Below the pieces are notes generated by a model. The model saw only the letters and a program-made list of their open reading frames with translations. It was not told the origin of the DNA and ran no database searches. 64,000 nucleotides of DNA, taken from Bacteroidota bacterium (GTDB lineage Bacteria; Bacteroidota; Bacteroidia; UKL13-3). The DNA lies in contig CANHGM010000013.1 in assembly GCA_947460345.1 (NCBI GenBank), forward strand, positions 18,610-82,609, read 5' to 3'. The translations under genes were made by a program, and so were the position numbers. Below, in pieces: positions 20,097 through 30,360 of the stretch; position 1 is the first letter of the stretch; each line of letters opens with the position of its first letter.

Positions 20097-20178
20097 TCGG
20101 GTTTTTTTGTTTGATAAGAATCATTGCAGACAACAGCAAAAATACAGCCATCACAGAAAAAGTTTATCTGATATTATT
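20097..20178 (-). pseudogene. Degenerate duplicated 3' end of the adjacent MFS transporter gene (27-codon remnant with an in-frame TAA)
   Basis: Minus-strand translation NNIR*TFSVMAVFLLLSAMILIKQKNPND* aligns with the MFS C-terminus NNIRWAYFVMAVFLILSAVVLVKKKNPKLL* (about 20/30 identical, ~70% nt identity). TAA replaces the Trp codon at 20164-20166. Confidence 0.5.
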
Positions 20179-20407
20179 TACTAGAAAGTTTATGAAAGAA
20201 AATAGCACTCGCGAGATTCCAGCCTCCCCTTTACTCAACGCTCTCTTTTTCAATTCTTATCTTCATTCAATTTGTTACATGTTGCTTACCTATGAAACAA
20301 ATATACGAATGCTTACTTATTTCGTAAAGTATATTTTGTAGTGATTGTGATTTAAAATGATAATATATACAAGATTGGAGACTGGTGTCTTACAAGGACA
20401 GTGAGAC

Positions 20408-21679
20408 CTACAAAAGCTTAGGATTCTTTTTTTTAACTAATACTACCGCAGAAAGTATTAAAAACACAGCCATCACAAAATAGGCCCATCTGATATTGTT
20501 TGCTTGATGAAAAACAGGTATCGAGAATAAAAATATAAACAGAAATCTAAACACCAAATTGGCCATATTAAATATACTGTTCACCCTACCCATTACTTCA
20601 TTAGGCACATGCTCAAATAACCACGTAAGCCTCAGTACTCTAATGCCTGCATTCGTAAACCCTAAAACCAATGACATAAGCATGGTTAGCATTACTGATA
20701 CCGTAAATGTATTGCATATAAAAAAGAATGCTGTGATGACCGTAAGCAATATCACCGCTGATTTAACGCCTGAGGCTCTAAACACTTTTCTGACCAATAA
20801 ACCTGCTGCCAACGCTCCCACGGCATATACCGCATCAGCCACAGCAAACACTGCCCCTCCCATGTGCAAGTGCCTTTCTATATAGCCGGGCAATACTGCA
20901 TGTATCTCCACTAACAACATAGCAAAAACACTATACGAAGCCAGACCAAATACCAATATATAGGGGTGCTCTTTTAAATAGTCGAACCCCAGTTTCAATC
21001 GTTCATGCAACGTTTCTTTTGCTTTGGGTTTTAATGAAAATGTATACTTTATTGGGTATATAAATAACACTGCCAGTATATGCGAAACAGCATTGATAAA
21101 TATTATAAAATCTATACTCCATGGCTTAATTTCAAATGGCAATATATAGGTGGCAAAATATACATCTATTTTTTGTCCATACGCCAATCCTTCTAACATG
21201 AATGCGGCTATCCCGCCAGACAATATAGAAACCGACTGGCCTACAATTTCTATTCTACTGTTAAACTTTCCATACGAACTCGCATCTGTTATCTCTTGCC
21301 CTAGTGCATACAAAGCAGGATAATGTATATTGTAGTTGAACATAGTAATGGCAAACACCGATACGATCAATAAATGATGAATGGCTTCACTTGTAATCCA
21401 TCCAGCCATTCCCACTATACTTATTATGCCAAACAACAATCCACAAATCAAATTCAAGTATAAAAACACTTTTTTTCGATTATACCTATCTACTAGTGTG
21501 CCTGCATATAAGCCCCAGAATATTATAACAATGGTGATGACACCATAACTCAAATTAAAGTAAGTAGACAGCTGCAAACTGTTGAAATACCATGGTATAG
21601 CAAGCATACTTATACCTTGTGCAAACCCCGAAATGGCATTGGCAGAAAATAAGTAATTCAACGATTTTTTATTGTCCAT
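20408..21679 (-). CDS. MFS transporter
   Basis: 423 aa with about 12 predicted TM helices. MFS-like motif GTLVDRYNRKKV after TM2. Confidence 0.8.
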   Translation of the reverse strand: MDNKKSLNYLFSANAISGFAQGISMLAIPWYFNSLQLSTYFNLSYGVITIVIIFWGLYAGTLVDRYNRKKVFLYLNLICGLLFGIISIVGMAGWITSEAIHHLLIVSVFAITMFNYNIHYPALYALGQEITDASSYGKFNSRIEIVGQSVSILSGGIAAFMLEGLAYGQKIDVYFATYILPFEIKPWSIDFIIFINAVSHILAVLFIYPIKYTFSLKPKAKETLHERLKLGFDYLKEHPYILVFGLASYSVFAMLLVEIHAVLPGYIERHLHMGGAVFAVADAVYAVGALAAGLLVRKVFRASGVKSAVILLTVITAFFFICNTFTVSVMLTMLMSLVLGFTNAGIRVLRLTWLFEHVPNEVMGRVNSIFNMANLVFRFLFIFLFSIPVFHQANNIRWAYFVMAVFLILSAVVLVKKKNPKLL

Positions 21680-21739
21680 ATATAGGTATAAAAAAGTCCG
21701 ACCAACATTGTTAGCCGGACTTTAAATATTTATAACAAA

Positions 21740-22900
21740 TTAGTTTAAACCAAGTTTTTTAAGAATGTCTTTTGGTACAGCATTTTTGTTCACCAATATG
21801 GCAGTTGTTTTATATAAATAATAATTTTTAGAACAATAGAACATACCGTCACAATCGTTATTGCTGGTGCCCCATGAGTTTTTAACTATATAATAGGTCT
21901 TGCCTGATTGGTCTTTCACAATTCCCACAAAGTGCATCCCATGGTCGTCTTGGGTGCTTAAATTATCAAATGCGTCTTGTCTCAATTGCGGAGTAATATT
22001 CATCTCTTCTATAGGATAATTGAATAAGCTGTCTTTCTCTTTGTCGTTCAACTCTGACCAAGGTTTATAAGGCACTAAAGCCAAACCATTTTTGAAAGAA
22101 AAACCTTTCTCGCTCACATCGCTAGCCCACTCTAATCCATATCCATTTTTCAATGAATTATCTGCAATGTTTCCTAGATCTTCCATTGATACATTATAGA
22201 TCAAATCTGTGCTCCAATTGTCAGCCACTTCCATCATAAACTGTTTGTAATAAGGGTGGTGATTAAACGACGTAATTTCTATATAATCTTCAGGGTTTAT
22301 GCCTAAATGTTTCAGAAAAGTTTGAGGAGTAAATGATTTGCCATCATAGTTAAACGATTCAGGTACTTTGCCTAAATATGCATCTAATATACCTTTATAT
22401 CCATCAAACCAATGTTTGCCTAATTTTCCGTTGCTATGTAGTTTGATCACTTCATCTAGATATGCTTTAAGCACGGCATCCAATTCGTTGTGGTTTATTT
22501 TTTCACCGTTTTCTGTGCCAGGGTAAGCCATCTCTGGCAGTATACCATAATCTCTGATAATATTGATTACATCATGCGGCTCACCACCGGGGCCAAACTG
22601 TGCTTTGCCTAGCATTCTCACATATCTCCAAGCTTTCAGTTCGTAAGCTTTTCGTACTATATACATCTCAGATAAATCAACAGGTTCCTTACCCATTCTG
22701 CTCAATTCAGATTCTAAAAAAGATTCAGTTGAAAACGACCAACACGTGCTGCTTTGACTTTGGTCTTTTACTGAGGTAGTTTTGATTTGATTGATGGTCG
22801 TAAATTCAATATGACTTCCTTTTTTATTGGTTTTGGTTTGTGCTTGAATGTTTGAACTTGCAGCTGCAACAAACAAACATATATAGGCTATTTTTTTCAT
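21740..22900 (-). CDS. C1-family cysteine peptidase (aminopeptidase C / bleomycin-hydrolase-like), secreted
   Basis: Catalytic Cys context KDQSQSSTCWSFSTESFLESE. Signal peptide present. Length 386 aa. Confidence 0.8.
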   Translation of the reverse strand: MKKIAYICLFVAAASSNIQAQTKTNKKGSHIEFTTINQIKTTSVKDQSQSSTCWSFSTESFLESELSRMGKEPVDLSEMYIVRKAYELKAWRYVRMLGKAQFGPGGEPHDVINIIRDYGILPEMAYPGTENGEKINHNELDAVLKAYLDEVIKLHSNGKLGKHWFDGYKGILDAYLGKVPESFNYDGKSFTPQTFLKHLGINPEDYIEITSFNHHPYYKQFMMEVADNWSTDLIYNVSMEDLGNIADNSLKNGYGLEWASDVSEKGFSFKNGLALVPYKPWSELNDKEKDSLFNYPIEEMNITPQLRQDAFDNLSTQDDHGMHFVGIVKDQSGKTYYIVKNSWGTSNNDCDGMFYCSKNYYLYKTTAILVNKNAVPKDILKKLGLN

Positions 22901-22924
22901 GATATATAAATATGTGGTAAAAGA

Positions 22925-22948
22925 AAAGCCCCGAATAAACGAGGCTTT
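22925..22948 (-). terminator. Terminator-like hairpin after the second skp/ompH gene
   Basis: 9-bp stem with one mismatch (aaagccccg / cgaggcttt) and loop aataaa. Followed on the minus strand by a U-rich tract. Sits between the skp stop (22966) and the peptidase gene start (22900). Confidence 0.4.
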
Positions 22949-22965
22949 AAATATTTTTAAATTAA

Positions 22966-23511
22966 TTATTTTTTAGGTGATATGGGTGTACCCATTGCTT
23001 TATCAGCAATTCCCATTTTCTTTTTTACAGGCCCCATCAAATCATCAGCTGAATTTGAAACTAAAAGTACATAACCTCCAGTAGAATTGATAACTGTAGA
23101 ATATCCTAATTCTTTAGCCACTTCATTTATCACTTTCTTAGCTTTTTCATAAACTGGCTCTTGTAAACTGGCTTGTTTTTCTTGTAAATCTTCTTGAGCT
23201 TTTTGGTTGGTTGCTTCTAACTTAGCTCTTGCATCTTCAAAATCCTTTTCTTTCATTTGTCTGATGTTAGCTGGCCAAGTTTTATTGGTTTGAATTTCGT
23301 TATATTTTCTTTCTAATTCAGATTGACCATCTTTTAATATAGTTTCCCATTGTCTTTCTATCATCGATAATGAATCTTGTACTTTTTTCAACTCAGGCAT
23401 TTCTTTTATTAAATCTTGCAAATTGATATGACCTATCTTTTGTGCATTTGAAATGTTTGATGAAATCATAATAATTGACATGATTATGATTGACTTAATA
23501 ATTTGTTTCAT
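22966..23511 (-). CDS. OmpH/Skp-family periplasmic chaperone (copy 2)
   Basis: Signal peptide plus a long coiled-coil rich in E/K/Q. 181 aa. Tandem with a second OmpH gene downstream of bamA, the canonical Bacteroidota layout. Confidence 0.75.
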   Translation of the reverse strand: MKQIIKSIIIMSIIMISSNISNAQKIGHINLQDLIKEMPELKKVQDSLSMIERQWETILKDGQSELERKYNEIQTNKTWPANIRQMKEKDFEDARAKLEATNQKAQEDLQEKQASLQEPVYEKAKKVINEVAKELGYSTVINSTGGYVLLVSNSADDLMGPVKKKMGIADKAMGTPISPKK

Positions 23512-23614
23512 ATTTATTTTATCTGTTTATTTTTTCGTTTGAATTAGAAAGCAAAAGTAAGACCGCAATTATATATTCTAATATTTTATTGCTAATTATT
23601 TGTATAGTTATCTT

Positions 23615-24208
23615 TTATTTTTTTGTTGGAGGAATTCCGCCTGGTTTCGTAGGTGTTTTATCATCTTTCTTTTCAGGTGCTTTATCTTTAACAGGCGTAA
23701 CACCCATTTCTTCTAATACTTCATCACTCTTATCAAACTTAGGGTTAGAAAACAACATAATCATATCTCCACCTTTATCAAATATAAAATCTAAACCACT
23801 TTTACGTGCTACTTTTTGTATCGATTCAAACACTTTATCTTGAATGGGTTTAATCAATTCTTGACGTTTTCTGTTTAAATCTCCTTCTGGATTAAACTTA
23901 AGCTTTTGATACTCACGCATCACTTTCTCTTTGTTTGCTATTTGGTCCTCTCTCTTCTTTTTTAATTCATCTGTCATCAACACTTTCTCATCTTGATACT
24001 CTCTATATAGCCTATCAATTTCATTTATTTTATCTTCCAATTCTTTTTGCCACAATGCAGCTAAATCATCTAATTGTTTTTGTGCAGATTTATATTCAGT
24101 TAACTGACCCAATATATATTCAGTATCAACAAATGCAAATTTTTGTGCTGAACTCATCTGGCAGTTGATACCAAAAACTAAAAGTATGAATACTACTATT
24201 TTTTTCAT
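23615..24208 (-). CDS. OmpH/Skp-family periplasmic chaperone (copy 1)
   Basis: 197 aa, signal peptide, coiled-coil (QKQLDDLAALWQKELEDKINEIDRLYREYQ). Starts 19 nt downstream of the bamA stop. Confidence 0.75.
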   Translation of the reverse strand: MKKIVVFILLVFGINCQMSSAQKFAFVDTEYILGQLTEYKSAQKQLDDLAALWQKELEDKINEIDRLYREYQDEKVLMTDELKKKREDQIANKEKVMREYQKLKFNPEGDLNRKRQELIKPIQDKVFESIQKVARKSGLDFIFDKGGDMIMLFSNPKFDKSDEVLEEMGVTPVKDKAPEKKDDKTPTKPGGIPPTKK

Positions 24209-24227
24209 TTAAATGTTACTTTTAATA

Positions 24228-26699
24228 TTAAAACTGTTGACCTAGGAAGAAATTATTGCCCCATTTAGGCGATTCATATAATGTTCCATCTGTTCTATAT
24301 ATATGGTCAAATCTATATCCTATATCAAAACCTAGCATACCAAACATTGGCATAAATACCCGCACACCTATTCCTGCCGATCTATATACTTTAAATGGAT
24401 TATAATTGCTAAAAGATGAAGAAGCATTTCCAGCCTCTATATATACCAATCCAAATATTGTAGCTGTAGGGTTTAATGTTACAGGATGTCTAAGTTCTAA
24501 GGTGTATCTATTATATATGGTTGCTAAGCTTGAATTATTAATAACTGTAGAGTAACCATCTGGCATAGCACGTTGAGATACAATCTCACGTCCATCTAAA
24601 CTATAACCTACCAATCCACTTCCTCCTACCACAAATCTGTTAAAGGCTGGAACATTTAAATTGTGATTATAGTTAGATATAAAACCAAAATTAAATCTTG
24701 TAGCAAGCACCAATTTTCCCACTATCGTATTAAACCATTGAGCATCAAACTTAATTTTATAATATTCCATCAATGAAGTAGGTAACGATGTATTTCTGTA
24801 TAAAGTATATGAATATGGCAAGGTAAACTGAGCAGACAATGAAATATTTGCTCCACTTCTTGGATAAATAGGATCGCTGATTGAGTTTCTTGAAATGATA
24901 AATTTAAAACTTAAATCATTAAAAACGCCATTGGGCAAACTTCCGCCAAAACTATAATTATCATTATTAAATCTTTGATAACTTATTTGTTTATTTACTA
25001 CAAAATAATCATCTGGTTTTTTAAGCCTTTTACCTAATCCTAAAACAATGCCGCTGGTTTTTAATTTACCAGATGAGGTGCTTAAAATATTTCCTTGAAT
25101 AGAATGATACATACTAAAAGTAAGAGATTTAGGTTTTTTGCCACCTAACCAAGGTTCAGTAAATGAAAAGTTATATGATTGCCAAGTTTGTCCGTTTGAC
25201 TGAGCTCTGATAGAGAGTCTTTGTCCATCGCCACCTGGAAGCGGTGTCCATTCTCTTTTCTTTAACATTTTTTGAGCAGAGAAATTATTAAGCGTTAATC
25301 CTAAAACACCAATAATACCACCATATCCTCCATATCCACCGCTAAGTTCAATTTGGTCAGATGGTTTTTCAACTACTTTAAACTCTATATCAACTGTACC
25401 GTTAACAGGGTTTGGTTGCGGATTTACACCAATTTGCTCTGGGTCAAAATATCCTAGTTGTGATAACTCTCTAATACTTCTGGTAATGTCGCTACGGCTA
25501 AACTTGTCGCCTGGTCTTACTCTAAGTTCTCTTAAAATAACTTTATCACTTGTTTTGGTATTGCCTTTTACTGTTACTTTATTAACTATTGCTTGAGGGC
25601 CTTCGTTCATTCTTATTTCTATATCTATTGAATCATTCAACACTGATACTTCAACTGGTTGAATATTAAAAAATAAATACCCATCATCCATATATAAAGA
25701 CGAAACGTCCACTCCTGTTTGATTCATATTCAATTTACTTTCGAGGAGCTGTTGGTTATATATATCACCTTTTTTGATAGCCAAAATACTATCAAGATAT
25801 GAATCTCTATATTTAGTGTTGCCAACCCATTTAATGTTTCTAAAATAATACCTATGGCCTTCGTCAACTGTGATTTCTATTTTCAATCTGTTAGGAGCAA
25901 TAAGATATATAGTATCTTTAACTAATTTAGCATCTCTATACCCTTCACTTAAATATTTACTTTCTATACTGGGTTTATCAGCTTCATAATCGCTCTCAAT
26001 AAACTTACTTGACTTGAATATGTTCCAACTAATCTGATGCGTTTCATGCATAGTTTTTCTGAGCTTTTTCTCAGTTATATTTTGATTACCATAAAACACA
26101 ATTTCTTGTACCCTAACCTTAGGACCCTTTTGAACTTCAACATTTAGAATAGCTAGATTTTTGGTTGAATCTAATTTTTGTGTTGTCACATCAACCTTGG
26201 TTGAATAAAAACCTTTTTTTCTAAAATAAGCTAAAGTAGTATTTTTAACTTTGAGAATTAGGTTATCATTTATAATATTATTAGGCTTTAAAAAACCTAG
26301 TTCATCTTCTCTTAATGATTTGGCTTGTCCTTTTCTTAATCCTTTTATTTTAATTAAGTAAAATTTAGGTTTTTCAAGCAATCTTATTTCAATCCAAACT
26401 TTATTGTTTTCAAATTTTGTAGCGTAAATATTTACATCATCAAATAAATTTTGTTTCCATAACGACTCAATTGCTTTTCTTACTTCATCACCTGGCAGTC
26501 TAATTTTTTGTCCTAAGTGCAATCCTGATAACAATATCAAAACAGAGCTATCTAAATATTTAACTCCTGTGATAGTTATATCTTCTATAACATATTCTTT
26601 AGGAGCATTAAAATCTATTAGCTCATCCATAGTTTGCGAATAAGAAGTATTGAAAAATATAACTAAAATAAAGCTATATATATATTTGTTGAATGTCAT
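24228..26699 (-). CDS. bamA: Outer membrane protein assembly factor BamA
   Basis: 823 aa with N-terminal POTRA repeats and a C-terminal Omp85 beta-barrel ending in an aromatic-rich terminus. Sits in the conserved uppS-bamA-skp-skp context. Confidence 0.9.
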   Translation of the reverse strand: MTFNKYIYSFILVIFFNTSYSQTMDELIDFNAPKEYVIEDITITGVKYLDSSVLILLSGLHLGQKIRLPGDEVRKAIESLWKQNLFDDVNIYATKFENNKVWIEIRLLEKPKFYLIKIKGLRKGQAKSLREDELGFLKPNNIINDNLILKVKNTTLAYFRKKGFYSTKVDVTTQKLDSTKNLAILNVEVQKGPKVRVQEIVFYGNQNITEKKLRKTMHETHQISWNIFKSSKFIESDYEADKPSIESKYLSEGYRDAKLVKDTIYLIAPNRLKIEITVDEGHRYYFRNIKWVGNTKYRDSYLDSILAIKKGDIYNQQLLESKLNMNQTGVDVSSLYMDDGYLFFNIQPVEVSVLNDSIDIEIRMNEGPQAIVNKVTVKGNTKTSDKVILRELRVRPGDKFSRSDITRSIRELSQLGYFDPEQIGVNPQPNPVNGTVDIEFKVVEKPSDQIELSGGYGGYGGIIGVLGLTLNNFSAQKMLKKREWTPLPGGDGQRLSIRAQSNGQTWQSYNFSFTEPWLGGKKPKSLTFSMYHSIQGNILSTSSGKLKTSGIVLGLGKRLKKPDDYFVVNKQISYQRFNNDNYSFGGSLPNGVFNDLSFKFIISRNSISDPIYPRSGANISLSAQFTLPYSYTLYRNTSLPTSLMEYYKIKFDAQWFNTIVGKLVLATRFNFGFISNYNHNLNVPAFNRFVVGGSGLVGYSLDGREIVSQRAMPDGYSTVINNSSLATIYNRYTLELRHPVTLNPTATIFGLVYIEAGNASSSFSNYNPFKVYRSAGIGVRVFMPMFGMLGFDIGYRFDHIYRTDGTLYESPKWGNNFFLGQQF

Positions 26700-26702
26700 A
26701 AA

Positions 26703-27458
26703 TTACTCTTCTGTTTTTTCTAAGATCTGTTCACTTATTTTCCCGAATCTTCTTTCTCTCTTTTGAAAACTTAAAATAGCTTCATATAAATCTTCTTTGG
26801 TATAATCGGGCCATAATGTATCTGTAAAATAAAATTCACAATAGGCTATTTCCCATAATAAAAAGTTGCTAACTCTATGTTCTCCACTTGTTCTTATTAA
26901 TAACTCAGGATGTGGCCATTCATAAGTACTAAGTGCATTATTGATTGTTGATTCGTTAATCTCTGACGCTTTCAGCTCACCTAAGGTTACTTTTTCTGCA
27001 ATTTTTTTTATGGCATTTACCATATCCCACTTGCTGCTATAGCTTAAGGCTAAAATTAACTCTAATCTGGTATTGTTCTTAGTTTGGTTTAAAGCATCTT
27101 GCAAACTTTCTCTACATGCTGTAGGCAAACTTTCTAGATTACCAATGGCTCTTAATCTGATATTATTTTTTTGTAGTGTTGGCAATTCACCTCTAATGGT
27201 TTTTACCAACAACTCCATTAAAGCATCAACTTCTTTCTGAGGTCTGCTCCAATTTTCAGTTGAAAAAGCATATAAAGTAACGCATTGTACACCTAGTTCA
27301 GCAGCAGCTTCTGAAACTTCTTTAACAGCATTAACTCCGCTCTTATGTCCAAATATCCTGAATTTTCCTTTAGTCTTAGCCCATCTACCATTGCCATCCA
27401 TTATTATAGCGATGTGCTTAGGTAATTTTTCTAAATTAATATTGCTTTTAAAACTCAC
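26703..27458 (-). CDS. uppS: Isoprenyl transferase / undecaprenyl-diphosphate synthase
   Basis: Motif HIAIIMDGNGRWAKTKG near the N-terminus, diagnostic of cis-prenyltransferases. 251 aa. 3-nt gap to bamA. Confidence 0.9.
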   Translation of the reverse strand: MSFKSNINLEKLPKHIAIIMDGNGRWAKTKGKFRIFGHKSGVNAVKEVSEAAAELGVQCVTLYAFSTENWSRPQKEVDALMELLVKTIRGELPTLQKNNIRLRAIGNLESLPTACRESLQDALNQTKNNTRLELILALSYSSKWDMVNAIKKIAEKVTLGELKASEINESTINNALSTYEWPHPELLIRTSGEHRVSNFLLWEIAYCEFYFTDTLWPDYTKEDLYEAILSFQKRERRFGKISEQILEKTEE

Positions 27459-27474
27459 TTTTCTTTAGCTAAAA

Positions 27475-28347
27475 TTAGAACCCGCCTTTGTTACATGTGT
27501 ATGTTATGATTTTATATGAAAGGGTTGCTCCAATTGTAAAATACCAATCTTTGTTATATGGATTTCCCCTTTGTTTACCTTTAAAACTCATATTACCTTC
27601 AGGTCTTACTTCCCCACTTCTATCTGATAAAGCAATTGATGTAGCTCTCATATCTTTATTTATATCATTAAACTTTGTCATATCCCAAGAATCAGGATAG
27701 CCAGTATATATATATTTACCATTAGCATCTTGCATATAATTCCCGTTACCAAGATCATCAAGATGATCAGTTGCTGTTTTTCTCCAAATAGTTTCTATGG
27801 CAAAAATGATGTTTTTACTCATATGTAACTTAAACCCTCCACCAAAAGGAACTGCATAATCAAATTTTGTATATGTACTGCTGTGTCTTAAAAATTGTCC
27901 TTCGGTACCATAATTTCTCAACTCATATGTTTGATTTTTATAAACTGTATATGGATTAAAATAAAAACCTGAAAGTCCTATAGCCACAAAAGGTGTAAAC
28001 TCATTCGAAAATCTATCAAAACCATGAGGTTGAAAATTAAACTCAGTCATATAACTCATTTCATATATGTTAGATGCAAAACTTAAATTTCTAATTTTAT
28101 TATAGCTTGTATATACATCTTTAGCTGCCACACTACCATAATTAAATGAAAATCTACTTAAAAAAAACTTGCTATGATTGTATTTATAAAAAGCTCCAAA
28201 AGTTGGATTAAACTCTTGAGTATTCACATATTGAGCAATGTCTCCAACATAATTCATCACACCACCATGAATTCCAAACTCGTGTGTTTGTGCACCAAGT
28301 AAAAAACTCAAAACAGAGAAATGAATGCATAATATATACTTTTTCAT
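27475..28347 (-). CDS. Outer-membrane beta-barrel protein of the family usually found upstream of uppS-bamA in Bacteroidota (DUF6089-like), paralogue 1
   Basis: Signal peptide. Conserved N-terminal EFGIHGGVMNYVGDIAQY motif and ...RNLSFASNIYE... motif shared with the two neighbouring paralogues. Aromatic C-terminus. Confidence 0.55.
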   Translation of the reverse strand: MKKYILCIHFSVLSFLLGAQTHEFGIHGGVMNYVGDIAQYVNTQEFNPTFGAFYKYNHSKFFLSRFSFNYGSVAAKDVYTSYNKIRNLSFASNIYEMSYMTEFNFQPHGFDRFSNEFTPFVAIGLSGFYFNPYTVYKNQTYELRNYGTEGQFLRHSSTYTKFDYAVPFGGGFKLHMSKNIIFAIETIWRKTATDHLDDLGNGNYMQDANGKYIYTGYPDSWDMTKFNDINKDMRATSIALSDRSGEVRPEGNMSFKGKQRGNPYNKDWYFTIGATLSYKIITYTCNKGGF

Positions 28348-28348
28348 T

Positions 28349-29209
28349 TTAATAACTTGTACAATTTACACCCGGCACAGGAAACCTATAACAAATAGAC
28401 ATGGTCATAAACATAAACCAATCAATTGGCGTATTTTTATTACCTCTCATTATACCTTTGCCTGAAGCGTCAGTCCCAATTTGAATCCCTCTGTTTACTT
28501 CATAAGACCTATCAGAAAGCTCCCAAGTTGGGTTATCATTAGCTGTTGCTCTTTTTAAGATTTCAGGATCTACATATGTATTGTTGCTAACGTCATCTAA
28601 ATGATCAGTAAATGTATTTCTAATACCATATTCTAGAACCATATTCCAATTGTCAGTAAATCTAAATTTAAGACCTGCTGCTAAAGCAATAGCAAATTGA
28701 GTTAAATTATATGTTTTCCTGTCTTGGAATTCAGTTGTCCCTTGGCCTTCAGTAGCTAATGGTTGTAATTCATACCATTTACCTCTATAATAAGCCTTTG
28801 GATTGAATTTAAACACATTTAATCCCGTTGATAGATATGGAGAAAACCCATATCTTTTGTTATAATCACCAAAACAAAAACCTCTCAAATTCCACTCAAT
28901 TTGTGTTGTAAAGTCATATATATTGGATTCAAAACTTAAGTTTCTAAGTTTATGATTAATATTATTACTCATCGAATCGTGACCTGAAATAGTACCAAAT
29001 ATAAAACTTCCTCTTAAAGAAATATATCGGTCTGGATTGTATCTAACCGAAATCCCTACAGCTGGATGCGATTGATTCACTCTAATCTTTAAATCACTTA
29101 AGTCACCCATATAATTACTTACTCCACCCATTAAACCAAACTCTAAACTTTGGCTATTTGCATTAATTGAAATGCTGACAAATAGTATATATATGAATAA
29201 TCTATTCAA
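28349..29209 (-). CDS. DUF6089-like outer-membrane beta-barrel protein, paralogue 2
   Basis: Shares LEFGLMGGVSNYMGDLSD and ...RNLSFESNIYD... with paralogue 1. 1-nt gap to paralogue 1. Confidence 0.55.
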   Translation of the reverse strand: MNRLFIYILFVSISINANSQSLEFGLMGGVSNYMGDLSDLKIRVNQSHPAVGISVRYNPDRYISLRGSFIFGTISGHDSMSNNINHKLRNLSFESNIYDFTTQIEWNLRGFCFGDYNKRYGFSPYLSTGLNVFKFNPKAYYRGKWYELQPLATEGQGTTEFQDRKTYNLTQFAIALAAGLKFRFTDNWNMVLEYGIRNTFTDHLDDVSNNTYVDPEILKRATANDNPTWELSDRSYEVNRGIQIGTDASGKGIMRGNKNTPIDWFMFMTMSICYRFPVPGVNCTSY

Positions 29210-29263
29210 TGCTTTATTAACTTATAATTACCAATTTTATTATGCGAAGGTAAACAAATTTAA

Positions 29264-29301
29264 ACAAAAAAAAGAGGGTTAATAAAATTAACCCTCTTTT
29301 G
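29264..29301 (-). terminator. Rho-independent (bidirectional) terminator after paralogue 3
   Basis: Perfect 12-bp stem aagagggttaat/attaaccctctt with loop aaaa. U8 follows on the minus strand. Confidence 0.6.
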
Positions 29302-29325
29302 TAAAAAATATTTTGTTATAAAATA

Positions 29326-30309
29326 CTAGAAGTTTGCACAACCATACTTACGCAAAGTTTTGCTGATAGTAAAACCTGTAAAAATATAAGTATCTTTATC
29401 TCTTGAATCTCCTCTATTTACTTCGCTTTCACCATTTGCTTTGCTTAATATTTTTTGAGAAGCATTAATACTTACAAATTTTTTACCTGTAATTGGATTA
29501 TCAGCCTCGCCTGATCTATCACTTAATGCTTGAGCTCTAGCTAAGTCACCATTTACTTTGTATTCAGCAGGTGTAGCAGCATTTTGTGGGCCAATCCAAT
29601 TGTAGTGAATATCATCAATCCAATCAGTGAAAGTTTTTCTACCACAAATCTCAAAAGAAACACTCCACAAACTTCCTAAATTGTATTTAACTCCAATTCC
29701 TACCGGAACGCATACGCTCCATAAAGAGTATCCTTTTTTGCCATCGTTAATTCTTTGAATTTTATCTGCTTCAGTATATTCTTTAGCTAAAGAAACTTTT
29801 TCACCATTAAAATCTGTTTTTGGATTAAAATGAAACATTCCAATACCTGTAGTTAAATATGGAGTCCATTTAAATTTTTGACTCCCTGGGATGAATTTTA
29901 AAATATTATACTCAACCGCAGCACTTACTTCAAAAATATTTGAAGTAAAATTCAAATTACGTTTAAGTCTGTAGTAATAATTAGATTGGTTTTCAATTTT
30001 ACCACCATTAACAACATCTCCAGATCCTGGTTTGAAAGTACTACCACCTGTAAATTTAGAACCCCAAGCTGCATCATTACCTGCAACACGTCCAAAAAAC
30101 AACTGTCCTTTGAATGAAATATTTGGGGTAAAATTATATCTTGCAATAACTCCTCCTTGAGGTCTTGTATATTTCCAAGTAACTTGTGATTTTGACAAAT
30201 CTCCTTGATATTGAGCTGGACCTAAGAACAATCCGAACTCCCAATCTTGAGCTTTAACCATAGTTACTACTAACAAGGCAATGATTAGTGTTGTGATTTT
30301 TAATTTCAT
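29326..30309 (-). CDS. DUF6089-like outer-membrane beta-barrel protein, paralogue 3 (more diverged)
   Basis: Signal peptide, WEFGLFLGPAQYQGDLS N-terminal motif and ...RNLNFTSNIFE..., terminal aromatic residue. Separated from paralogue 2 by a strong terminator. Confidence 0.5.
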   Translation of the reverse strand: MKLKITTLIIALLVVTMVKAQDWEFGLFLGPAQYQGDLSKSQVTWKYTRPQGGVIARYNFTPNISFKGQLFFGRVAGNDAAWGSKFTGGSTFKPGSGDVVNGGKIENQSNYYYRLKRNLNFTSNIFEVSAAVEYNILKFIPGSQKFKWTPYLTTGIGMFHFNPKTDFNGEKVSLAKEYTEADKIQRINDGKKGYSLWSVCVPVGIGVKYNLGSLWSVSFEICGRKTFTDWIDDIHYNWIGPQNAATPAEYKVNGDLARAQALSDRSGEADNPITGKKFVSINASQKILSKANGESEVNRGDSRDKDTYIFTGFTISKTLRKYGCANF

Positions 30310-30360
30310 ATGAGTAAAATTTAAATTCTATAATTTAAGCCACAAATTTAGTCAAAGAAT

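Noticed and set aside
20066-20341. 91-aa plus-strand ORF spanning the MFS remnant region
   Set aside because: Low-complexity with no motifs. It covers the intergenic region whose minus strand carries the recognisable MFS 3' remnant, so it is most likely non-coding.
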